Of a DNA stretch of 64,000 nt, positions 18,178 through 26,608 are shown piece by piece. Both the position numbers and the translations under genes were made by a program. The DNA is taken from the NCBI GenBank assembly GCA_965116175.1, contig OZ220490.1, positions 129,643 through 193,642 of the forward strand, read 5' to 3'. Numbering within the stretch: position 1 is the first letter of the stretch; each line of letters starts with the position of its first letter. The DNA comes from Bdellovibrionales bacterium. Its GTDB lineage: Bacteria; Bdellovibrionota; Bdellovibrionia; Bdellovibrionales; UBA1609. The notes beneath the pieces were generated by a model that saw only the letters and a program-made list of their open reading frames with translations, was not told the origin of the DNA and ran no database searches.

Positions 18178-18363
18178 TATACCTCCTTTTTTTGGAGGCA
18201 ATTTGCCAAATCATTTAACTTAAACTTTAATCTACTGCCTAACTTGTAGGCTTTTACTTTTCTACGGCACACTAAAATACTGAGAGCGTTTTCACTCAAC
18301 CCCAGAAGACCAGAGGCTTCTTTGGTGGATAAAAGTTTGTTTATTCGGTTTTCAAAGAACAGT
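18178..18363 (-). CDS. xis: Excisionase/AlpA-like HTH protein (start codon unclear)
   Basis: My own translation gives ...NKLLSTKEASGLLGLSENALSILVCRRKVKAYKLGSRLKFKLNDL, an Xis-type HTH pattern. The stop lies 4 nt from the int start. No ATG/GTG/TTG is in frame; CTG at 18363 is possible. Confidence 0.5.
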
Positions 18364-18375
18364 TCTTTCTTTGAA

Positions 18376-18591
18376 CTATGCGCATCTGGAGGAGTGTTTT
18401 TCTCTGTTTCTGCTCCCTCCCAAAGAAAGAGTTTTTAAGTTAGACTCTTTCTCTTCTTTTTGCAACAGCTCTTTTATAAGCTGTTTTGGCTCTTCCTGTT
18501 TTTTACCGGAAAGATGTTTTTTCCCTGATGCCCTGTTCTTCAATGTTCCAGCAGAAAAACTGTCAAGCCCTAAACTTAATTGTTTTTCCAT
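18376..18591 (-). CDS. Small Lys/Glu-rich hypothetical protein
   Basis: 71-aa ORF preceded by AAAGGAG. It lies next to the xis reading frame and could be one gene with xis if a frameshift is present. Confidence 0.35.
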   Translation of the reverse strand: MEKQLSLGLDSFSAGTLKNRASGKKHLSGKKQEEPKQLIKELLQKEEKESNLKTLSLGGSRNREKHSSRCA

Positions 18592-19150
18592 TGGCTTATA
18601 CTCCTTTGGGGGCAGGGGGTTGATTGTTTAACATCCTCCCATAGAATGCTTTTTTAAAAAGGGTTATCCCTGTCCTTATATTTTTTTAGCCTCCGCTCAC
18701 TTGAAGTAAAGGGGCGAGCTCACCGGTGGCGATGGCCTGCGGCCACCCTTGACTTGCAAGTTCGCTCCGGCTGATAAGCCAACCAAAAAATATAAACCTA
18801 TCCTGACCAGTCTTGCTGAATGAACAGAAGACCTGAGCTTCCAAAACCTAAAAATGGAATTTTTATTTTTTTGTTTGATGAAATTAAAGTTTGCTTTTCG
18901 CTATCCTGATTTTGATAAACCAAAAAGTAGCAATAGAAATAGAGAGTGCGACACCTAGACAAAAAAAACCTGACCATTGATTTTTACAAGCTCAAGAACC
19001 AATCCTCAAAAATCCAAAAGAGCTATCAATCAAAATCAACACTCTTAAAAATCATTAAAAACTTCACAGCCTGTAAAAATCACCTTCTTCCTTTTCCTAA
19101 ATTTCCCTTTCCTCACCAGACCCAGACCTCCCTTAAATAAAATACATACA

Positions 19151-19217
19151 CAAACCGGACGCTGACCACCCTCCACGAAACCAAAGGATGAGGGGGGGGT
19201 GGTCAGCGTCTGGTTTG
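19151..19217 (+). other. 21-bp GC-rich stem with a 25-nt loop
   Basis: CAAACCGGACGCTGACCACCC ... GGGTGGTCAGCGTCTGGTTTG. The only non-Watson-Crick position is G:T on the plus strand (G-U in RNA) and C:A on the minus strand. Confidence 0.6.
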
Positions 19218-20036
19218 TGAAAACTCCTTTGTTTTTAAGGGTTTGAAAGGAATCAAAAAAAAGATACTTAACACCTCTTTAATGCCCTCTTTCCCCAGTA
19301 ATTACAAGCTTTTTTAAAGGCGCTCACACTTTAGCTTCAGCTGAAAATTTATACACCTAACAGTCAATTTTAGGGTCATTTATAAAAATCATAAAATATA
19401 CCTACTTTGCGATGGTGTTTGCGATTGATTTTGAGCTATGAGCTTGTCTTACATGCTTGCTCACACCCTCCTTTCATGTTCAGGAGCAAGCCCTTACCTG
19501 ATTCTGAGCTATGACTTACCGGCTATTCACAAGCGACCTACCGTAAAAATTTTTTAGCTAAGAGACAAAGAAATTCATATTAAGAAGACCAGTGAAGTAG
19601 GCTTACCTCACTCTCTGGTAGGGCTTTCATACATGACAGAGCCTGCTTTCCACCCTCATAGGTCTAAGATACTCGCTCACCAGGAGGGCTTATCTCTCCT
19701 GAAGACTGCTTCTTACCTACCAGTTCATCAGTCCCTTTCATCAAAAAAATATCGGCTTATAAAGAAAAAATTTCTGCTTAAAGAGCCTTATAAAACCGAT
19801 TTACTAACCCCATTTACAGGATTTTGGAGCAACAACTATGCTCTTACCCGCTCTTCAAATTCCTGTAAGCTTGCTTCACAGGGGGTCTTATCAACCAAAA
19901 TAAGGTGATAAAAAAAACAAAAGAGTCTCCTATATGAAGATTGAGAAATTGTTTTATATGTTGAAGTTTAAGAATCCTCCTCCCTCAAGCCCTCAACAAA
20001 GGATGACGGGCTGTTCGAGAGGGCAGATTTTTATAT

Positions 20037-21950
20037 TTAGTTTTCTAAGAAATAAGAAGAAATACCCTTGAATAATTTCTCATATTCTTTATCAATATTT
20101 TCATTTTTTAAGTTCTCAAAAATGAAATTTTTAGTTTTTTTTATTATATCTTCCTGTTCTTCTCCAAGAATATTGTTTGTTTGTAGCCATGATCTAATTT
20201 GTTTAAGTTTATCTACTTTTTTCTTTAAGAAGCTTTCATCAAATATGAGTGCTTTTTCCATAATAGATAAAACTTTATTTACATTCTTTACAATACAATC
20301 ATTTTTTATGAAATCTTCTCCAGTACTTGCTTCAATTGTTGGATCGATATTTTTATAGGTTTTCCAATCACCAAAGTTTCTTTCTTTTTGATATGATTCT
20401 TGAGATCTAATTGCGATCTGATCACTATCACTCAAAATCAAACATTTTCGTTTTGCCAATTCAATCATTGGGGTAATCGTTTTGATTGTAGGAACACCTT
20501 TAGCGTGACAAACTCCTATATCTTTACAAACAGCTTTTAATTCTTTTTTAGGAAGCTTTTGTATATATACTTGAAACAGATGTTTATCTCGCCAACCTTC
20601 AAAAATAATATTTTTTTCTTTTAAAATTTCAAACACAGAAAAGCCCAGTGCATTATAAAGCACTTCCTCATCTACTATATTTGAATCTATTGCTTGATTA
20701 ATTGTAGTAATTTCATCTTCTTTTTTTACTATATAATGTTGGCCAATATTCCCAGAGTTGATCATAAAAATTGAATGTGTACTATAAACAATATAGTTTT
20801 TATTTGAAATTTTGATAAGCTCATCCCGTAAATAGCGAGCTCCACTAGGATGTAAGCTTATATCTGCTTCATCTACTAATAACAATGTATTCATTAATTC
20901 ATTAGTTTTTACACGAACAGAAATTAATAAAAGAAAAGTAACAAACCTTTTAAACCCATCACTCCGACGTGCAAAATCATAAGTATTTTTTTCTTTTATT
21001 CCTGGAACAATTTGATTGGCATTTACCTTTAAAGAAAATTCTATATTTTTATAATCTTTCCATACTTTACGAAAGTGATTTGTAGTTTTTTTTGCAATGC
21101 TGTTGAGATAATTTTGAAATTGATTAGAAGTTCCTCTTCTCTTTTCTTGAAGAGAATGTTGAATATCTTCAACCCTAGCAAGAGTGAACATATTTTTTAA
21201 AGGAATATAGGAATCCGGGTTTCTTATAAAATCATCAATATTTATGATATCTGGTAAAAGGTTTTCTTCACTATAATTCCAAAATAAAACGTCTGGAATA
21301 TTTTCTTCTAGTATTTTTGAAACAGACTCATCGATCAGTTCTTCAAGGCTTTTAATATCAGCCTCTTCTAAATAATCATCCGGTATTTCATTAAAATTGC
21401 TTACTTGAAGGAATTTATGTTCAAGTAAATTATATTGTTGTCCTTCTACTTCTATATTAAAATCTTGAGGGCAGGTGTTTGTTGGTTTTTTCCACTTACC
21501 AAGGAGATTATATTCATCAGATAATGCATAATAACCAAAACTGCTTTTATTTTCTTCAAGAATATTAACTTCATATACCACTTCATTTTGTTTATAGCAC
21601 AAATCCTTTATACTTTGTTTTTTCCCTTTTTGAGATGCTATATCTGGATTTTTCTTATTTGCTATAACTTTTTCAGATACAAGTTCAAATAGTTTATTCA
21701 ACTCTTTAGTTTCAAGCTTAAAAATGAATTGAACATATGCTTCAGTAACAGTTTCTTCATCAGGTAGAGCTTCTCGTAAATCTCTATTCTTTTGTGGATT
21801 ATATTCCTTTTTCAACAATGTTAGAGCATTTAGAATATTTGACTTACCAGATTCATTTATACCTACAAGTACACGACAAGGGTGAGAGAAATCAAGAGCA
21901 ATTTCTTTAATAGAACGAAAGTTTTTTATTTCCACACGATCAAGTTTCAT
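20037..21950 (-). CDS. OLD-family ATPase plus Toprim nuclease
   Basis: MKLDRVEIKNFRSI...GINESGKSN (Walker A), LLLVDEADISLHP (Walker B), and a C-terminal Toprim-like IIFEGWRD ... LILSDSD. Confidence 0.85.
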   Translation of the reverse strand: MKLDRVEIKNFRSIKEIALDFSHPCRVLVGINESGKSNILNALTLLKKEYNPQKNRDLREALPDEETVTEAYVQFIFKLETKELNKLFELVSEKVIANKKNPDIASQKGKKQSIKDLCYKQNEVVYEVNILEENKSSFGYYALSDEYNLLGKWKKPTNTCPQDFNIEVEGQQYNLLEHKFLQVSNFNEIPDDYLEEADIKSLEELIDESVSKILEENIPDVLFWNYSEENLLPDIINIDDFIRNPDSYIPLKNMFTLARVEDIQHSLQEKRRGTSNQFQNYLNSIAKKTTNHFRKVWKDYKNIEFSLKVNANQIVPGIKEKNTYDFARRSDGFKRFVTFLLLISVRVKTNELMNTLLLVDEADISLHPSGARYLRDELIKISNKNYIVYSTHSIFMINSGNIGQHYIVKKEDEITTINQAIDSNIVDEEVLYNALGFSVFEILKEKNIIFEGWRDKHLFQVYIQKLPKKELKAVCKDIGVCHAKGVPTIKTITPMIELAKRKCLILSDSDQIAIRSQESYQKERNFGDWKTYKNIDPTIEASTGEDFIKNDCIVKNVNKVLSIMEKALIFDESFLKKKVDKLKQIRSWLQTNNILGEEQEDIIKKTKNFIFENLKNENIDKEYEKLFKGISSYFLEN

Positions 21951-22001
21951 ATTAAATTCACCCTCCTTTATAATTTAGATTATCTATAACAGAATAAATG
22001 G

Positions 22002-22958
22002 TTACTTATAAAAATTCACAAAAGCATTATTACCTAATTTGCTGAAAAGATCTTTTATATTTATATTTTTCAATATTTCAAAATCACAAGGTAATCCAAT
22101 CCTTCCAACATTTTGCATATGTTTATCTAAGTATTGTTTAGATTTTGGGTCATTGTCCACAAGGATGCTATTTCTTCCTTCCTCAATACAAACCCTTCCA
22201 GTCGTTCCTGATCCAGAGAAAAAGTCTAAAACTAGAGAGTTTGGATAAGAAAGTGACTTTACAAACCTTCTTATTATTTCCAAAGGTTTTTGTGTTGGAT
22301 GTCCTACTCTTTCTTTTGAGTTTGCATTTAATCTTGGAATCTCCCATACATTCGTAGGATTTTTCCCTTTTTCAATATTATGAGGATTTAACCTTTTATC
22401 TCTTAAGGCAATTTGTTTTGCTACTAAATCATATGGAACTCGAACAGAATCAAGGTCAAAATAATATTGTTTTGTCTTTGAGAGCCAAATAATTTCTTCA
22501 TATCTATTAGCGAAAAAACGATGTGCAGACATTCCGTTTTTATAATGCCAAACTATTAAATTAACAAAGCGCAGTTTAGTATTATGTCTTGTATAGTGTA
22601 AAATTTCTAAAAGATCCCCCTTCTTTAAATCTTGATATTGAAAACCTCCAAAAATCACACAGTTGCCTGAATCACTTAAAATCCTATAAATTTCATCCAA
22701 CCATTGTTTAGCCCAATCCAAATAATTTTCAAATTTATCCCATATATCTAATTCAAGATTATATGGAGGATCGACAAGTATTAACTGGATTGATGAGTCT
22801 GGCAATTTTTTTAAAAAATTAACAGCATCTTCAATATACAGGACATGCTTAGTTTTTTTTGGTAGTTTACTTGTAATAAAAGAACTGTGTTTCTTACCTT
22901 TTTTATTGATAGAATTCATTGCTTGATGTCCTGAATTATAATGTGATCTATTTGCCAT
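22002..22958 (-). CDS. Beta-class N6/N4 DNA methyltransferase (DPPY type)
   Basis: LILVDPPYN (motif IV) precedes DFFSGSGTTG (motif I). Its start overlaps the upstream helicase gene by 11 nt. Confidence 0.9.
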   Translation of the reverse strand: MANRSHYNSGHQAMNSINKKGKKHSSFITSKLPKKTKHVLYIEDAVNFLKKLPDSSIQLILVDPPYNLELDIWDKFENYLDWAKQWLDEIYRILSDSGNCVIFGGFQYQDLKKGDLLEILHYTRHNTKLRFVNLIVWHYKNGMSAHRFFANRYEEIIWLSKTKQYYFDLDSVRVPYDLVAKQIALRDKRLNPHNIEKGKNPTNVWEIPRLNANSKERVGHPTQKPLEIIRRFVKSLSYPNSLVLDFFSGSGTTGRVCIEEGRNSILVDNDPKSKQYLDKHMQNVGRIGLPCDFEILKNINIKDLFSKLGNNAFVNFYK

Positions 22959-25683
22959 TGATAAACTCCATTCTGTTTAAAAAGTATTTAGATGTGAGAA
23001 AATTCTTACCAAATAATTCTTTTAATATGGACAATTCTTTTCTTGGTAGTTCAATGCTCTTTTTTAAATAATATTTTTTAATTGCATCAAATCGCATTTT
23101 CAACAATGTATCTGGTTCTTTAGATTCAGAAATTAATAATTTTGGTGAAACTAAAAATAATTTTAACTCTATGTTGTTTCTACTATTTTCTAACACTCCT
23201 ATAGCTTCTAATATATTGAGAAGGAAAGGACATCGATGTTTCGCTCCCTCCTCAGTAGCAACATCAATACCATTTTGGTCACAGTATTTTGAAACTTCTT
23301 GAGAATTAAAAAAGCCATTATAAATATTTGATTTTGGTATAATCATTTTTCTCTCTACTCTATAAAGATAATTAAGCATAAGTCTAACTGCTTGCATATC
23401 TAAAAACATATCCCTAATTTTATCTTTTTTATTTTTGGATTTTTTTATAAAGTTCCGAGTAACTAAATTGAACTTTGCCACTGGAGTATTCATATCCCAT
23501 GAGGGAATATTTTGTTTTTTACTTCCAAATGATAAATTCACTTTTTCAATGACAGGTTTTAAAATTCTATAAAAATCATATCCTTTTGGATTTAGTTTTA
23601 ATTCAAATGTTTCATTTTCTTCTAATGTTCTGTCATCTACTATTAATCCAAGCTCCATTAAACCTTGTAATTTATATTTAGTTTGTCTTTGAAAAGTTCC
23701 AAGCCTTCCAGTATCAAATTTACCTCTCATTCTTACAAATTTTTGATTGAGATGACTTTTTTTAAACTGACCAGAGTGTATAGTCTTAATAATATAATAT
23801 AAATGTCCTAAATGAAGACCTTGTGGAAAATGATAACTTGCTTCGGTGAACTCACCAATTTCTCTAAGGAACTTTACCCACGATTTAAAAACTGAAAGAT
23901 AACGAGCAACTTTAAATTCTCCTTGTTTGTTTATATCTTCTTGTGTTGGTTTTCTGTGTAGAGATTCAGAAAGATCGTAATATGCTCCAATCAGATCCTC
24001 TTTTGTTATTTCTCTATCTTGTTTATCTTGTGTATCAAGAATTTGTTCTACCTCACTGTCAAAATACACATTACATTTTGGAGAGTATTTATATTCAATT
24101 TTTTCAATTCTACCGGTTTTTGGATTTTTAATCTCTTCCGAAGATTGTGAAATATACTTCCTTATTTTATTGGCCTTTTTATAATTACTGATAAAGTCTA
24201 AGACTATAACATTAGATTTACCACCACAGAGACGCAAACCTCTTCCAAGTTGTTGCATAAAAATTGTTTTAGATTCAGTAGGACGTAAAAACATCAAAAC
24301 TTGCACATTTGGAAAATCTACACCTTCATTGAAAATATCCACAGTAAAAGCAACTGCAACCTCATTATTTTTAAACTTGTCTGTCAACTCAGCCCTCTGA
24401 TCAGCTAAAGAGGTTATTGCAACAGAAGGAATTCCATGAAGATTAAAAAATCTTGACATTCTGTTAGCATGTTTTATTGAACAACAAAAACCTATTGCTT
24501 TATTTCCGTGTCCTTTTTTTAAGTATTCTTCAAGAATCTGCTTATTTCTTTTTTCTATGATTAGATGACGATCAAGGTCTTGAATATTATATTTTGTCCC
24601 TTTGTAGCGGATATTTGAATAATTGATATTATCTTTTAATCCATAGTAATTAAATGGAACTAAAAAACCATTTTCTATAGCTTCAATCAGTGAATATTCA
24701 AATACTTTATTATAGTCAAAAAGTTCAAAAATATCCTTACGATCCATTCTATCAGGTGTAGCTGTTAAACCTAACATGAAAAAAGTAGGATTAAAGTATT
24801 CTATTATTGATTTATATGTGGGGGCTTGGCCATGATGGACTTCATCAACAATAATATAAGCAAATTCATTTTTTTTAAATATCTTTAAATTGGAGACATT
24901 TTTTAATGAATCTTTAGAAGCAAAAAGTGTTTTAGAGTCCTTTAAATGCTCTCTAACATCTCCTGTAAGTAAACCCAATTTTTCTTTTGGATATACTTTT
25001 TCAAACGCTTTTTTTGACTGACTGAGAATATCCAACCTGTGGACAATAAATAAAACTCTCCCATCTGTTTTTAAAGTATCAAATGCAGACAAATAAGTTT
25101 TACCTGTTCCTGTAGGTAAAACAACGATTCCTTTTTTCCAACCCCTTTCTCTATACAAATGAAGAGCTTTTAATACTTCTTCTTGTAAATAATTAGGTTT
25201 AACAATAGTTTCAGAAATAAGTTCAGGGAAATTTTCTTGTATCAGCTTTCTAAGGTCTTCAAAAACTCGTTGTCTCCATGCTGATGATTGAAGTTGATTA
25301 TATGAAAAACGAAGTAATTTATAACCGGAATTTAAAATTTCATTTTGACGATAAAGATTATCATCAAACATTTCATTAGGAATAACCCCTTCTGCATGAT
25401 AAAGTTCTCCATTTACTTCAAGGGCTATCTTCTTACTATTTTTTAAAATTACAAAATCAATTCTTCTATTTTTACCTTCTGAATCAATAAAAGGGTATTG
25501 AGGAATAACATATTTAATATTTTTCTTTCCAAGTATGGGATATAAAAATTCTGAAACAAACAATTTTTCGCTATTTTGTGTTATTCTTTTTTTATAACTG
25601 CTTAAATATTCTGAAAGTTCAACTATTTCCTTTTTTTCAAAAAGATTTTTCCAAAGATTTCTTGATAATATTTGGTCTGACAT
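22948..25683 (-). CDS. DUF559/Vsr-like nuclease plus SF2 (ResIII-type) helicase with an unassigned 350-aa C-terminal region
   Basis: RIDFVIL..IALEVNGELYH..GYKLLRFSYNQL, then LPTGTGKT, IIVDEVHH, GLTATP and QQLGRGLR. Residues about 560-911 are unrecognised. Confidence 0.9.
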   Translation of the reverse strand: MSDQILSRNLWKNLFEKKEIVELSEYLSSYKKRITQNSEKLFVSEFLYPILGKKNIKYVIPQYPFIDSEGKNRRIDFVILKNSKKIALEVNGELYHAEGVIPNEMFDDNLYRQNEILNSGYKLLRFSYNQLQSSAWRQRVFEDLRKLIQENFPELISETIVKPNYLQEEVLKALHLYRERGWKKGIVVLPTGTGKTYLSAFDTLKTDGRVLFIVHRLDILSQSKKAFEKVYPKEKLGLLTGDVREHLKDSKTLFASKDSLKNVSNLKIFKKNEFAYIIVDEVHHGQAPTYKSIIEYFNPTFFMLGLTATPDRMDRKDIFELFDYNKVFEYSLIEAIENGFLVPFNYYGLKDNINYSNIRYKGTKYNIQDLDRHLIIEKRNKQILEEYLKKGHGNKAIGFCCSIKHANRMSRFFNLHGIPSVAITSLADQRAELTDKFKNNEVAVAFTVDIFNEGVDFPNVQVLMFLRPTESKTIFMQQLGRGLRLCGGKSNVIVLDFISNYKKANKIRKYISQSSEEIKNPKTGRIEKIEYKYSPKCNVYFDSEVEQILDTQDKQDREITKEDLIGAYYDLSESLHRKPTQEDINKQGEFKVARYLSVFKSWVKFLREIGEFTEASYHFPQGLHLGHLYYIIKTIHSGQFKKSHLNQKFVRMRGKFDTGRLGTFQRQTKYKLQGLMELGLIVDDRTLEENETFELKLNPKGYDFYRILKPVIEKVNLSFGSKKQNIPSWDMNTPVAKFNLVTRNFIKKSKNKKDKIRDMFLDMQAVRLMLNYLYRVERKMIIPKSNIYNGFFNSQEVSKYCDQNGIDVATEEGAKHRCPFLLNILEAIGVLENSRNNIELKLFLVSPKLLISESKEPDTLLKMRFDAIKKYYLKKSIELPRKELSILKELFGKNFLTSKYFLNRMEFINGK

Positions 25684-25688
25684 AATGT

Positions 25689-25907
25689 TTATTCCATTAA
25701 ATTATCAATAGTGACGTCCAAAGCAACAGCAATCTTCTTTACGGTTTCAATAGTTGGATTTGGAGTATCACCTGCTTCAATTTTTGTAATTGTATTAAAT
25801 GATACCTCTGCAAGTTTAGATAACTTATCTTGAGAAATACCTTTTTCATTCCTATACTTTCTTATATTTTGTGCTATTACTGACAAATGTTTTTTTGATC
25901 GGCTCAT
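25689..25907 (-). CDS. XRE-family HTH regulator (controller-protein candidate)
   Basis: 72 aa. IRKYRNEKGISQDKLSKLAEVSFNTITKIEAG is a canonical HTH_3 pattern. Stop lies 5 nt before the helicase start. Confidence 0.85.
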   Translation of the reverse strand: MSRSKKHLSVIAQNIRKYRNEKGISQDKLSKLAEVSFNTITKIEAGDTPNPTIETVKKIAVALDVTIDNLME

Positions 25908-25992
25908 AGTATAACTTTACTAATATAGGGTTATATATGACAGCTATCACATAATGAATACTATGATCAAGCTGTTTCAGTGCATCATTTTT

Positions 25993-26205
25993 TTTCATCC
26001 ACCAGAGAAGCCTCTGACCAAGCTAAAAATTCATGTAGATTTTTATGTAGCCCCATGTAGCCAAAGATTGAAATATTAGAAAATACTCAGGTATAAACAC
26101 AGTGAAATGGCAGTTGCCTGATTAACCAGGGGGTTTGAAATATCCCGACATTTCCTGAAATGTTAAAAAATAGAATCTGTAAAGTTTATGAAATCAAATG
26201 GTCGG
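25993..26205 (+). repeat. att-arm repeat copy C abutting the tRNA-Pro 3' end
   Basis: Homologous to copies A and B. ATGTAG at 26033, 26045 and 26055. Runs into GAAATCAAATGGTCGG, which is the tRNA 3' terminus. Confidence 0.7.
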
Positions 26206-26275
26206 ACCGACAGGATTTGAACCTGCGACTTCCACCGCCCCATGGTGGCGCGCTACCGGGCTGCGCTACGGTCCG
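26199..26275 (-). tRNA. tRNA-Pro (anticodon GGG)
   Basis: Hand-folded: acceptor CGGACCG/CGGTCCG, D arm GCGC-AGCCCGGTA-GCGC, anticodon arm CCACC-AUGGGGC-GGUGG, T arm GCAGG-TTCAAAT-CCTGT, discriminator A, encoded CCA. Confidence 0.95.
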
Positions 26276-26340
26276 ACAATTTTTTAAATAGATACATTTT
26301 TTTCACAAGAACGAATCAAAGAAAAATTTAAAAATCAAAA

Positions 26341-26430
26341 TCAGTTTTTTTGTAATTTAAACTTTTTAAACAGAGCGCCCTCCACATAAAAGCAGATGCA
26401 AAACAAGAAAGCCAAAAACACACTCCACAT
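26341..26430 (-). CDS. 29-aa hydrophobic mini-ORF 3 (identical to mini-ORF 2)
   Basis: Its ATG overlaps the TGA of mini-ORF 2 (TGATG). The frame is intact. Confidence 0.3.
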   Translation of the reverse strand: MWSVFLAFLFCICFYVEGALFKKFKLQKN

Positions 26431-26519
26431 CAGTTTTTTTGTAATTTAAACTTTTTAAACAGAGCGCCCTCCACATAAAAGCAGATGCAAAACAAGAAAG
26501 CCAAAAACACACTCCACAT
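26430..26519 (-). CDS. 29-aa hydrophobic mini-ORF 2 (MWSVFLAFLFCICFYVEGALFKKFKLQKN)
   Basis: Its ATG overlaps the TGA of mini-ORF 1 (TGATG). The frame is intact. Confidence 0.3.
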   Translation of the reverse strand: MWSVFLAFLFCICFYVEGALFKKFKLQKN

Positions 26520-26608
26520 CAGTTTTTTTGTAATTTAAACTTTTTAAACAGAGCACCCCCCACATAAAAGCAGATGCAAAACAAGAAAACCAAAAACACA
26601 CTCCACAT
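26519..26608 (-). CDS. 29-aa hydrophobic mini-ORF 1 (MWSVFLVFLFCICFYVGGALFKKFKLQKN)
   Basis: Its ATG overlaps the ccsBA TGA by 1 nt (TGATG). The frame is intact. It is derived from the ccsBA C-terminal coding DNA. Confidence 0.3.
   Translation of the reverse strand: MWSVFLVFLFCICFYVGGALFKKFKLQKN

Noticed and set aside
19633-19908. 91-aa plus-strand ORF in the ORF-poor block
   Set aside because: Composition is S/L/K/T-rich and unlike real proteins in this window, there is no RBS, and it is surrounded by stops in all frames. The region is treated as non-coding.
26341-26607. Regularly spaced repeats next to a tRNA, considered as a CRISPR array
   Set aside because: The units are contiguous 89-bp tandem copies with no unique spacers, they are homologous to the ccsBA 3' end, and no cas genes are present.
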